64,000 nt of DNA. Source: a virus. The notes beneath the pieces were generated by a model. The model was not told the origin of the DNA and ran no database searches. It saw only the letters and a program-made list of their open reading frames with translations. The DNA lies in the IMG/VR virus record IMGVR_UViG_3300046740_000431, positions 28,027-92,026 of that record. The stretch is one strand, 5' to 3'. Within the stretch, counting starts at the first letter, position 1. The number at the start of each line of letters is the position of its first letter. Below are positions 17,285 to 25,876 of this stretch, one piece after another. The translations under genes and the position numbers were made by a program.

Positions 17285-17730
17285 GGGCGGGCCGCCAGGA
17301 ACTCAGCCACGGCCGCGTTGGCGCCGCTGATGACCGCCTCCGCGGACTCGGCCATGCCGTGCTGCTCCACCACCGCGGCGAGAGCCTGGCGGCTCCACCC
17401 GACGATCACGCCGTAGAGCCAGGAGTCCGTGGGGTTCTTGGACCAGTCGCGCTGGTCGGTCGACATCGCGGTGATCAGCGAGGCGATGGCGATGTGGAGA
17501 ACTGGGAGAGATCCCCTGATGTCGTCCTGTGCGTCAGCCCGCTGCCGGTCGTACTCCGGCATCTGAGCCTTGGCTTGCTCGTCATGTGCGGAGCGAAGCT
17601 CGAGAAGCTCAGAGACGGCATTCTGGAGATCTGCTCGCATCTTCCTGACGCGATCGAGAAGATCTCCAGGACCACCGTGTTCGTCGACTCCCAGGGCACT
17701 CGCCAGAGCTTCGGTTGCTGAGCTTTCCAT
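17281..17730 (-). CDS. hypothetical protein
   Basis: GGAGG RBS at 17739-17735, ATG 17730; coiled coil plus RDWS....DSWLYGVIVGW motif. Confidence 0.6.
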   Translation of the reverse strand: MESSATEALASALGVDEHGGPGDLLDRVRKMRADLQNAVSELLELRSAHDEQAKAQMPEYDRQRADAQDDIRGSLPVLHIAIASLITAMSTDQRDWSKNPTDSWLYGVIVGWSRQALAAVVEQHGMAESAEAVISGANAAVAEFLAARP

Positions 17731-17740
17731 GTTCCCTCCG

Positions 17741-17834
17741 TGCACCAGGCGGGGCTCGAACCCGCGACCTTCGCAGCCGGACCGGAGGTATGACGCTCCG
17801 ACCGCGGACGCTCTACCGTCTGAGCTACCGGTGC
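17741..17834 (-). ncRNA. tRNA-like RNA with enlarged (38-nt) anticodon arm
   Basis: Acceptor GCACCGG/CTGGTGC plus A, D arm GCTC-AGACGGTA-GAGC, variable AGGTC and T arm GCGGG-TTCGAGC-CCCGC are canonical; the anticodon arm is TCCGCGGTCGGAGCGTCATACCTCCGGTCCGGCTGCGA. Confidence 0.8.
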
Positions 17835-17919
17835 ATACGACGCAGGAGAATTCCTGCGCCGGGCGCCCGCGGCCGCCACGCCGAGTCGCGCCAGGGGTGG
17901 CGCGGCGGGAACATCGAGA

Positions 17920-18033
17920 TCACCGGACCGCCAAGCTCCACAGCACGACTGCCAGTGGCATCACGAGCAACCACAACAGGAGGAGGATACCTGCGCTTCC
18001 GCAGGCGTCAGGCTTGTTTCGTCCGATCGGCAT
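17920..18033 (-). CDS. 37-aa single-pass membrane peptide (absent from ORF track)
   Basis: MPIGRNKPDACGSAGILLLLWLLVMPLAVVLWSLAVR*; ATG 6 nt after the -10 box. Confidence 0.55.
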   Translation of the reverse strand: MPIGRNKPDACGSAGILLLLWLLVMPLAVVLWSLAVR

Positions 18034-18039
18034 CAGGCG

Positions 18040-18069
18040 ATAATGCGGGCGTAGAGCGTGAAATGTCAA
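18040..18069 (-). promoter_or_regulatory. sigma70-type promoter
   Basis: TTGACA(18069-18064)-18 bp-CATTAT(18045-18040). Confidence 0.6.
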
Positions 18070-18338
18070 GCATCGCCTAACGCCTCGGCCAGCCGCTCGC
18101 GCTCGAAATTCGGCCTCGCTTCTCGGTCAACCTGGCGGATCCCGGCGAGCAGGTTGTAGCTGGGACGGGTCTTCGCCTCCCCGGTGCTGGCGTCCATCAT
18201 GGTCACCGCGACCACGCGGAGACGAGATCTCATGTCGCGAGCTGCCGAGATCGCCTCATCGACCAGGAGGTCGACGGACTGGTATCGCTGGCCGGTGTCG
18301 AGCACCACCTCGACGATGAACGGGCCGCAGGACTTCAC
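18066..18338 (-). CDS. hypothetical protein
   Basis: 90-aa ORF with protein-like composition. Confidence 0.45.
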   Translation of the reverse strand: MKSCGPFIVEVVLDTGQRYQSVDLLVDEAISAARDMRSRLRVVAVTMMDASTGEAKTRPSYNLLAGIRQVDREARPNFERERLAEALGDA

Positions 18339-18371
18339 CAGATCGACTATGCGGCGCCCGCCCGCAAACGG

Positions 18372-19556
18372 TCAAGCCAGGAGCTGCTCGACCTGGGCGC
18401 CCGACAGCGTGGCGTTGCTGACCAGCGTGAGCACCGGGGACCCCGCATCGGTAACGGTTTCGAGCATCACCCACCACCCGGCTGGCACGAATCCGCCGAT
18501 CGCGTTGCCGTTCCCGGTCTTGTTGGCGATGGCGACGCCGAGCCCGAGGTTGTACTCGACCTCGCAGCAGCTCGGCTGAACCGTCGTAGATCCCGCGGTC
18601 GGTCCCATGCGGAACTGCACGCGACCCTTGTGGTTGCCGGCCAATGACGCCGTCACGGATGCCGACGCGCGGTAGGAGACGATCGACGGGGCTGTCGGCG
18701 ATACCTGGAAAGCGGTGTTGAGCACGCGCGCGGCGACTCCGCCGGTGATCCCGGGGAGCTGGGCAGTGACGGAGCCGAACCCGGCGCCAGCTGGTCCAGT
18801 TGCGCCGGTAGCCCCGGTGTTGCCCTGTGGTCCGGTTGCCCCGGTGGCCCCCTGCGCTCCGGTCATCCCCTGAGTGCCGGTGGCACCCTGCGGACCAGTC
18901 GCACCCTGTGGGCCAGTCGATCCGGCTGGGCCAGTCAACCCCTGCGGACCTTGGGCTCCGGTCGCGCCGGCAGTTCCAGTGAGGCCCTGCGGGCCTTGCA
19001 CGCCGGTGGAACCTGGAATCCCTGCTGCCCCGGTCAACCCCGTCGCGCCGGTGTCGCCCTTCGCGCCAGCCGGTCCTGCGGTGCCCTGGATCCCCTGCAT
19101 CCCGGTCTGCCCCGTTGCCCCGGTCGCGCCCTGGGCGCCGGCCGGGCCGGTGGCGCCGGCTGGTCCCTGCGGCCCGGTCGCTCCGGCGTCACCCTTCGGG
19201 CCCTGCGGGCCGACGGCACCGACAGCTCCGGCCGGGCCGGTGGTGCCGGCTGCACCCTGGGATCCGGTGGCGCCCTGCGGACCGGTGGCGCCGACCTGGC
19301 CAGGAGATCCCGTTGCTCCGGTTGGCCCCTGAGGTCCAGCCGCTCCCTGGGCTCCTGTCGGTCCAGCTGGTCCGGCTGGCCCCTCGATGGTCATCCACGC
19401 GGTGTCGCTGTTGTCGGCGGTCTTTACTTCGAGGTGCGGGACGTTCGACCCGTCCACCCAGACGCACAGCCTACCGGTTGGGCCCGTGAACCCGTTGCCG
19501 GGCTGCTGGGGGTTGTTGGGGGTGATCCAGATCGTTGGCATCGGGACGTCGGACAT
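18372..19556 (-). CDS. collagen-like fibre protein
   Basis: About 66 uninterrupted Gly-X-Y triplets (approx. 18789-19382) between globular N- and C-terminal domains. Confidence 0.88.
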   Translation of the reverse strand: MSDVPMPTIWITPNNPQQPGNGFTGPTGRLCVWVDGSNVPHLEVKTADNSDTAWMTIEGPAGPAGPTGAQGAAGPQGPTGATGSPGQVGATGPQGATGSQGAAGTTGPAGAVGAVGPQGPKGDAGATGPQGPAGATGPAGAQGATGATGQTGMQGIQGTAGPAGAKGDTGATGLTGAAGIPGSTGVQGPQGLTGTAGATGAQGPQGLTGPAGSTGPQGATGPQGATGTQGMTGAQGATGATGPQGNTGATGATGPAGAGFGSVTAQLPGITGGVAARVLNTAFQVSPTAPSIVSYRASASVTASLAGNHKGRVQFRMGPTAGSTTVQPSCCEVEYNLGLGVAIANKTGNGNAIGGFVPAGWWVMLETVTDAGSPVLTLVSNATLSGAQVEQLLA

Positions 19557-19602
19557 CGTGCGGTGATACGCCACGGACCGACACCACACCACGTCTAAGT
19601 TG

Positions 19603-19926
19603 CTACGGCTCCCACGTCGCGCCAGGCACGACGTCGAAGGCCTTGGCGTAGGCCTTGCCGTCGCTCGGCGTCGCGCCGGCGCCAGCCGAGATCGCAGCGG
19701 CGCGCTGAGCGGCCGACAGGGCGATGTACGTGACGGTGGATCCGGTCGACGGGGTCCTGACGTCCGCGATCTGCGCGCCGATGGTCGCGAGGTTCGCCGT
19801 CAGGAAGTCCTGCAGAGCAGGAAGCGACGTGTCGCTCACCATGTGACACCAGTCGTCACCGACGACGCCTGGAGGGTGGAAGTCGGTCGCGGAATGCGTG
19901 GATACGGGGCCGATGTAGATGGTCAC
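19603..19926 (-). CDS. DUF4031-like protein
   Basis: M.IYI...[12 protein letters not shown]...QRAAAI.AGA. Confidence 0.6.
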   Translation of the reverse strand: MTIYIGPVSTHSATDFHPPGVVGDDWCHMVSDTSLPALQDFLTANLATIGAQIADVRTPSTGSTVTYIALSAAQRAAAISAGAGATPSDGKAYAKAFDVVPGATWEP

Positions 19927-20714
19927 ACCGGGATCGGTATCACGTTGCCGGCGTCGTCGACCTGAAACCCGTCCGCGATCTCTGCCGTGGCCCTCGCAAC
20001 GATGACGGCGCGCGCGAGAGCTGCTTCCTGGTCGTGCCGCTCGAGCTCGCCGAGCAGGTCTACGAGCTTCATGATCTTCTCGAGGGTAGCCCTCTGCCTC
20101 CGCGGAGTCGCCGCGCAGGCGGCGAACAGGCGCAGGATCTCTTGGTTGATCCCGAGGACAGCCTGCTCGACTTCGTCAACCCGTGAACTCGCCTGCGCCT
20201 GTGCACGCTCGGCCTGGCACTTCATGCAACCGGGGTCGCAGTCTCCGCGCTGGCCCGTCCCACCTGGCCCGTGCTTCATGCGTAGATCTCGGCCGGTTTC
20301 GCCAGGGAAGAAACCGGCCGCGCGCAGCTTGTTCAACTTCTCGAACATCCTTGGCGGCTCCGTGCTCCGCTCGATCTCCTCTCGGACGATCTGTCGGATG
20401 TTGACCGCCGACTCGACGCCTTGTGCTCGAAGATCTCGCAGTTCGCGAAGCGCGGCCGCCGTCATCCACCCTGCATCTCCGGTCGCGTAGTGCTTCAGCA
20501 TCTTGTCGATGGCGGAGTCGGACAGCTTGGCCGGCTTCTGCGCCAGCTCGTCAAGCCTCCGCTTCGCCCTGGCCGCGAGATCTCCAACTGCCGCAAGGCA
20601 ACTCAGGCAGTCCACCAGGTCAACGCACGTGGTTGCGTTCTCCGTTGGCGACCCGCTCCCGCAGTAGCGCTCGAGTCCGCCGAACCCGTCTCCGAGTAGA
20701 TGTGTAGTTGCCAT
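19923..20714 (-). CDS. hypothetical protein
   Basis: AAGGAAG RBS before MATTH; Cys motifs and coiled coils. Confidence 0.55.
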   Translation of the reverse strand: MATTHLLGDGFGGLERYCGSGSPTENATTCVDLVDCLSCLAAVGDLAARAKRRLDELAQKPAKLSDSAIDKMLKHYATGDAGWMTAAALRELRDLRAQGVESAVNIRQIVREEIERSTEPPRMFEKLNKLRAAGFFPGETGRDLRMKHGPGGTGQRGDCDPGCMKCQAERAQAQASSRVDEVEQAVLGINQEILRLFAACAATPRRQRATLEKIMKLVDLLGELERHDQEAALARAVIVARATAEIADGFQVDDAGNVIPIPV

Positions 20715-20734
20715 TGTCTTCCTTGTTGTTGATG

Positions 20735-21166
20735 TCATGCGCTTTTTCGGTGCGTGTCGTGGCATCCAGAACAGCGGCATCCGTGGGTAGCCGCTCCGTG
20801 CGCCGCGCCGTTGATGCAGAGCTTGAGCAGGCGCAGCTTGTCTCGCCGGTGCTGCGCGAGCAGCCGCTGGGTCTGGTCTGACTTGTACCGGCGTGCCATC
20901 GGGCTCGATGCGTCCTCGATCGCGGTCGACCCGGACTGGCCCACCGCCCACGGCGTAGGGCTGCCCTCTCGCCTGACCAGGTACCCGGCCTTCGCCATCC
21001 TGCCGAGCTGGCCGTTCATCCACCTGACCAGCGCGTCGGGTTGCAGCCTCGACCTTGGCATCACCGCGGCAACGATCTGATCGGCGGTAGAGATCCCGGC
21101 CAGGCTCACCGCCCTCAGGATCGCGGTCCACGTGGTCCCGATCCGGGCAGATCTCCGTTGCCTCAT
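20735..21166 (-). CDS. hypothetical protein, possible wHTH plus Zn finger
   Basis: LGRMAKAGYLVR wing-like segment; C..H..C..C C-terminus; AAAGGA RBS. Confidence 0.5.
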   Translation of the reverse strand: MRQRRSARIGTTWTAILRAVSLAGISTADQIVAAVMPRSRLQPDALVRWMNGQLGRMAKAGYLVRREGSPTPWAVGQSGSTAIEDASSPMARRYKSDQTQRLLAQHRRDKLRLLKLCINGAAHGAATHGCRCSGCHDTHRKSA

Positions 21167-21174
21167 GGGTCCTT

Positions 21175-21789
21175 TTATCGTCGCTTACCCGTGAATGTCA
21201 ACGAACGTCCGGCCGGCTGTGGATAAGGCACCAGGAACGGAGCTCGCCAGATCGCGGCCGCCGATGAGATCCCGGACTCGATGGCCTGCGGCACGATGGC
21301 GACCGGGACGCCGGCAGCCAGCGCAGCGGCAACGTCAGGGCGTCCTGTGAGAAGCGGATCGGTCATCGCGACCACTGCGTCGGCGCGCTGCGCCAGCGCA
21401 GCGGCGGCCTCGGCCTTCATATGGTGGGGCTCGGTCCTGACGAGGTACGGGGACACAGCGAAGATCCCCATGGTCTCGAGCCAGGATGCGTGCTGGCAAC
21501 CCTGCGCCGCCCAGTCCCCTGGCCACGCCAGGTAGACCACCAGCGGGATTCCGAGCGCCGCCAGCGCGGCCGGCGCGATCCTCACCTGGCGAGGCGCCAT
21601 GGCGCTCGCGCGGGCGCCGGATAGCATGTGCCCGTCGGCCGTCGCCCGGCGGACCATCTGCACGGTGGCGGCCGGGCTCCTGCCCGTGGCCTTGGCGATC
21701 TCGACCGCCACCGGAGGCCGGTGGAGCTCTATGGCGAGGCGCTGGACCTGGCGAAGCCACGAAGCTCGGCGCGCCGGGATCAGCTTCAC
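21175..21789 (-). CDS. LexA-like wHTH fused to an alpha/beta domain
   Basis: RPPVAVEIAKATGRS...VRR; coupled GTG start. Confidence 0.5.
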   Translation of the reverse strand: MKLIPARRASWLRQVQRLAIELHRPPVAVEIAKATGRSPAATVQMVRRATADGHMLSGARASAMAPRQVRIAPAALAALGIPLVVYLAWPGDWAAQGCQHASWLETMGIFAVSPYLVRTEPHHMKAEAAAALAQRADAVVAMTDPLLTGRPDVAAALAAGVPVAIVPQAIESGISSAAAIWRAPFLVPYPQPAGRSLTFTGKRR

Positions 21790-23525
21790 GCCGGCCTCGC
21801 CTTCCTGCGCAGCACGTCCTCGGCGAGCCGCCTGATGTGGTCGTCGGCTGCGCCTTTGAACTCCGGCATGCCGGACGCGTCGGGGTTCAGGAGGTAGTGC
21901 GACTGGGCCTCCTTGATGCCGAGCACGTCGGAGATCACCGGGTCGCTGCCCTCGTCGGCGAGCGGGACGTAGATCGTCACCGGCTGGGTCTGCCCATCGC
22001 GGTGCAGGCGGCCGATGTCCTGGTGGATCACCTGCGGTGACCAGTCGAGCTCTCCGATGACGCCAGTCCTGCACACGGACTGGAGGCCATCGAGCCCGGC
22101 GCCGGCGCGCAGCGAGATGATCAAGACCTGGGCATCACCCTCGACGAACCGCTTCCTGGCCGCGTCCTTCTGGCCTTCGCTCTGCTTCCCGGTGTAGAGC
22201 GCGTACCGGATCGGCGTCGTGTGGCGCTCGAACGAGTCGGCCCACAAGCTGTAGACCTCGTGGTGCCAGCCGAACAACACGACCTTGTCGCCGCCGTCGA
22301 CCAGCATGCGGACCAGGTCAGCCACCGCGCCGGCCTTTGCGATCCCGGTGGCCTGTCGGAGCCTCCAGTCGAGCTCTCCGGCGCTCTGCATCCGTTCGGT
22401 CGGTGACCCGATCCTGTCGAGCACCCGGCGCGCGAGCTCGGCGACGTCGGCGGACGCCTTGTTGATCGCGTCCGGGTCGCACTCGACGGCGTGCCTCACC
22501 ACCGTGAGCTCCGGGATCTCGCGGCCGACGTCCTTCCGGGTGCGCCGGATCATCAATCCGCTCTCGCGCAGGTAGCTGCCGAGCGCCGCGGGGTCCTGGA
22601 CCGACGCCTTGCCGTCCTGCCCCGGCGGGCCTCCGCACCACTCGTCGTAGAACTCCTTGTGCGTGCCGAGCTGCCCAGGCGCGATCACCTCCATCACGTT
22701 GAAGATCTCGTTGCCGTAGTTGTAGACCGGCGTCGCCGTGAGCCCGATCCGCAGGTCGGCGGCCTGCGCGAGCGCCACGCCGGCCGCGTACTTCTTCGTC
22801 CCCGCGTGCCTGAATTCCTGCGCCTCGTCCATGATCACCGTGCGGGCCACGCCGGCCAGCGACTCCACCCAGCCGTGGAGCTTGTGGTAGTTGATCAAGA
22901 GCACATCGGGCACGCTCTTGCTCCTGACCATCGAGCGGCGCTTGGTGACCGGGTCCCGCTCCATGCGGATGTCCGTGAACGGGTACGGCTGGGCCTTGCG
23001 GATCCGATGGACGCGCAGCTTCGGCGCGAAGCGCGCGAGCTCGCGCTCCCACTGCCTGGTGAGGTGGGTCATCGTGATCACAACGGCGGGCAGGGTTCCG
23101 GGCGCCGTGAGCGCGCAGATCGCGGTGACCGTCTTGCCGGTCCCGAGGTCGTCGGCGATGAGCAGGTTACCGGTGCGCAGCGCGAGGTCGGCGCCGAGCC
23201 GCTGGTACTCGCGGGCCGGCAGCGCGAGCTCGAACGCGCGCGGCACGTAGTCGGCCATGTCGATCGCCTCGATGGCCGCGAGCTTCGCTTCCTGCTCGCC
23301 GATCAGCGACCGGAACTTCGCCTCGGACTTGGCGTCGACCTCGAGCGGGTGCCTCTCGCGGAACCAGTCGAGGTCGTAGGCGTGCTCCGGGGTCGCGGAG
23401 AGCTTGAACACCCCGGCCCGGTACCGCTGCGCGCCGCCGAACAGCCTCCGCAGCCGGATGCTCACGTGTGCCGGCGCGGTGATGATGAGCTGGTCGTCTT
23501 CGATTCGGATTGCGCCTGGGGTCAC
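21786..23525 (-). CDS. SNF2-family helicase
   Basis: IADDLGTGKT, IMDEAQ, LTATP, AGAGLDGLQ, QDIGRLHRDGQ. Confidence 0.92.
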   Translation of the reverse strand: MTPGAIRIEDDQLIITAPAHVSIRLRRLFGGAQRYRAGVFKLSATPEHAYDLDWFRERHPLEVDAKSEAKFRSLIGEQEAKLAAIEAIDMADYVPRAFELALPAREYQRLGADLALRTGNLLIADDLGTGKTVTAICALTAPGTLPAVVITMTHLTRQWERELARFAPKLRVHRIRKAQPYPFTDIRMERDPVTKRRSMVRSKSVPDVLLINYHKLHGWVESLAGVARTVIMDEAQEFRHAGTKKYAAGVALAQAADLRIGLTATPVYNYGNEIFNVMEVIAPGQLGTHKEFYDEWCGGPPGQDGKASVQDPAALGSYLRESGLMIRRTRKDVGREIPELTVVRHAVECDPDAINKASADVAELARRVLDRIGSPTERMQSAGELDWRLRQATGIAKAGAVADLVRMLVDGGDKVVLFGWHHEVYSLWADSFERHTTPIRYALYTGKQSEGQKDAARKRFVEGDAQVLIISLRAGAGLDGLQSVCRTGVIGELDWSPQVIHQDIGRLHRDGQTQPVTIYVPLADEGSDPVISDVLGIKEAQSHYLLNPDASGMPEFKGAADDHIRRLAEDVLRRKARPA

Positions 23526-24322
23526 GCGGTCCTCCAGAACTTCGGGTACGGCAACGCGGCCGCGGTCAACACCTCGCGCCGGCGGCGCCGATCGAGGCTC
23601 CAGAGGTATCGGTGATTGCCGTGGTGCCGCAGCGGCCGGGTCAGGAGCGGGCGCCATCGCCGCAGCCACGCCGCTGCGTCCTCATCGGGCCCGAGCCGGT
23701 CCGCGCCCCAGCGCTCGAGCGCGGCCGCCGCGTAGCGCCACCCGACATCGCGGCACGTCAGCTTGCTCATCGCGCGCCTGCTCAGCACGGTGCCGTCGGG
23801 GAGCAGCCGCAGCGTCGACGGGTTGGTGCGGCCGACGTACCGGCCGTTGGTGGCGCAGTAGATCGTGCCGAGGTGGCCCGGGAACACCATCGCGCCAGCC
23901 GCGCTGGTCCGCGCGACCGGATCGGCGCAGCTCGCGACCGCGGTCACCCGGCCGCGCAGCGCGGAGAAGCACCGCGCGAGGAACCAGCTCTCGCCGTTGC
24001 CCGGCACGCTGTCGACGAGCACGAAGCGCCCGAGGTCGACCGCCTCGCGCGGATCGAGCGTGGGCCACACCGCTCGGTGCGCCGCGCCGGACGCGCCGAC
24101 CGAGAACACCGCCACGCCAGCGAGCTCGCCGCGCTGGTACAGCCCGAACCGGAACCGCGCCGCGCACCATGTTCCGCTGTAGTGGTGGTGTTCGACGAAC
24201 GCCCGCGGCCGCGCGTCGTCGGCGAACTCGACGACGTCGTACGCGGACGGCCGGATCAGCTCGCCGCTGGGCCGCCGGGACTCGCGGCGCTCGGTCCAGC
24301 GCTGGACGAAGTCGGTGATCAC
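23522..24322 (-). CDS. mom: Mom-family adenine modification enzyme
   Basis: FVEHHHYS, GVAVFS, LGRFVLVD.VP.N.ESWFL, ADP, GH.GTIY.ATN..Y.G. Confidence 0.85.
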   Translation of the reverse strand: MITDFVQRWTERRESRRPSGELIRPSAYDVVEFADDARPRAFVEHHHYSGTWCAARFRFGLYQRGELAGVAVFSVGASGAAHRAVWPTLDPREAVDLGRFVLVDSVPGNGESWFLARCFSALRGRVTAVASCADPVARTSAAGAMVFPGHLGTIYCATNGRYVGRTNPSTLRLLPDGTVLSRRAMSKLTCRDVGWRYAAAALERWGADRLGPDEDAAAWLRRWRPLLTRPLRHHGNHRYLWSLDRRRRREVLTAAALPYPKFWRTA

Positions 24323-24359
24323 CGGACGCCCATGGCTGCACCGAGACCGTCGAGACTGC

Positions 24360-24803
24360 TCACGACGTCCTCAGCGCGATCACGCGGAACGGCTTTCCAC
24401 CGATGGTTGAGTCGCGCTGGTTGCCAAGCGGGCCGGTGAGCTTGCGGGTCAGCTGCGCCGACGTCGTCACGACGATCACGGCGTCGACGTCCTGCATCGT
24501 CGCGTAGCGCTGGACCTGGCGCTCGACCGCCGCGGCTGATCCGCCGAGCTTGAGCTCCAGCACGACGTTGATCCGGCGCGCGACGTCTGGGGCCACGCGG
24601 ACGTGGACAAGGATGTCGAACCGCCCGCCGTGGATCGCGACCTCGCGCTCGAAGCTGACCCCGCGGTCGGCCAGCGTTCCCTGGATCCGCTCGGTGAGCG
24701 CGATCGACACCTGATCCTGCAGCTCCGCCTCGTCGCGAACCCGGAACACGTACCCGGCCAGCGCGTCGAAGACGAGCCTAATCGCTTCCTCGGTGGTGAT
24801 CAT
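24360..24803 (-). CDS. PD-(D/E)XK nuclease-like protein
   Basis: FEREV...RFDILV...LELK...QVQRY. Confidence 0.7.
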   Translation of the reverse strand: MITTEEAIRLVFDALAGYVFRVRDEAELQDQVSIALTERIQGTLADRGVSFEREVAIHGGRFDILVHVRVAPDVARRINVVLELKLGGSAAAVERQVQRYATMQDVDAVIVVTTSAQLTRKLTGPLGNQRDSTIGGKPFRVIALRTS

Positions 24804-25063
24804 CCGAAATCCTCGACGTACTCGATGATGACCCTGAAGTTCAAACAGCCGGTGGGGCGGAATGTTTTGATGGCGTACGCGATGAACTTCTCGCGCTGCT
24901 CGGACGACTCGCGCCTCAGACGACGAACGACATCATCCTCGCTGGCACAGGCACCGAGACGCCGCATTCTACCGGCGAAGAACTCGTCGATTTTAGACAC
25001 CGCTCTCGCCAGATCAGCGTCGATCTGACACCCGATGCACGATCCGCACTTTTTGATCATCAT
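24800..25063 (-). CDS. hypothetical protein
   Basis: CGSCIGC N-terminus; coupled at both ends. Confidence 0.4.
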   Translation of the reverse strand: MMIKKCGSCIGCQIDADLARAVSKIDEFFAGRMRRLGACASEDDVVRRLRRESSEQREKFIAYAIKTFRPTGCLNFRVIIEYVEDFG

Positions 25064-25629
25064 GGTGACCTCACAGGGATCCATCCGCGCCGACCGCCGA
25101 TCGACACCACCGCACCCTTGGTCTCCAGCCGGCGGAGAATGTCGGCCACCGTGACAGCCGGGATCCCGAGCCCGTCGGTCAGCTCGCGGTGCAGCGGCGG
25201 CATGCCGTAGAGCTCCACGTACCGGTACAGCCACGCGAAGACACGCCACTCGTTGGGCGCCAGGTAGATCGGATCCGGCGTCTCCGCGATCGGCGCCGGT
25301 GTCGCTGCGGGCGCCGAGATCGACCGCACCGGGAACTCGTCGGAGAACTCACCGGCGAGCGCGCGCTGGGCCAGGCTCTCGATGTCCCAGCTGACCGAAG
25401 CGTGTCCGGGAACCCGGCGCAGCGCGTCCACCAGGTCGAGCTTCGGCCGCGGAGAGCCGGCCCGGATGTCGTGGTAGTCGCCGCAGAGCACGGAGAGGGC
25501 GATCCTTGCCATCGCCAGGCGGGTCGGCTTCGCTGCGTCGCCTGCTGAGCTGGAGCGCTCGACCAGGGCGCTGACCTCGGCGTAGAGCCGGGCGGTCGCG
25601 GACCCGAGCTTCGCTTCCACCGCGGGCAT
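25060..25629 (-). CDS. protein with C-terminal LexA-type DNA-binding domain
   Basis: EWRVFAWLYRYVELYGMPPLHREL...LRRLETKG; no peptidase domain. Confidence 0.7.
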   Translation of the reverse strand: MPAVEAKLGSATARLYAEVSALVERSSSAGDAAKPTRLAMARIALSVLCGDYHDIRAGSPRPKLDLVDALRRVPGHASVSWDIESLAQRALAGEFSDEFPVRSISAPAATPAPIAETPDPIYLAPNEWRVFAWLYRYVELYGMPPLHRELTDGLGIPAVTVADILRRLETKGAVVSIGGRRGWIPVRSP

Positions 25630-25845
25630 CTAGTTGGCGCCCTTGGCGACCGTAATCGATCCGTCCGGTCCGCGACGAAGACCGCCAGCCTTGAGATAGG
25701 CGTCCATCTGCTTCCCGGGCATGTCAACGAACATGATCCGGTGGCCGTCCTCGAAGATCACGCCTTCGATGAGCTTCGAGCCGTCCGGCCGGTCCATCAC
25801 GACCCACCCCCAGTCGTCGCGCGCGCATGAGTACCCTCGGGTCAT
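25630..25845 (-). CDS. hypothetical protein
   Basis: 71-aa ORF abutting the next gene. Confidence 0.5.
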   Translation of the reverse strand: MTRGYSCARDDWGWVVMDRPDGSKLIEGVIFEDGHRIMFVDMPGKQMDAYLKAGGLRRGPDGSITVAKGAN

Positions 25846-25876
25846 CCAGTCATTTAGCGGGCACGGACCGCAAAAG

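Noticed and set aside
17741-17834. Ordinary decoding tRNA, tmRNA or tRNA-Sec
   Set aside because: The extra length is in the anticodon arm, not the variable arm; no G3-U70 pair or tag ORF; no 7-nt anticodon loop on a 5-bp stem
18014-18037. Hammerhead-like CTGATG...CGAAAC on the minus strand
   Set aside because: Core reads CUGAUGC rather than CUGAnGA, stems I and III are not evident, and the segment is better explained as the start of the 37-aa ORF
24360-24803. Restriction-modification pair of the PD-(D/E)XK gene with mom
   Set aside because: The nuclease is small (147 aa) and of a type common beside SNF2 helicases in phages; adjacency alone does not support an R-M system
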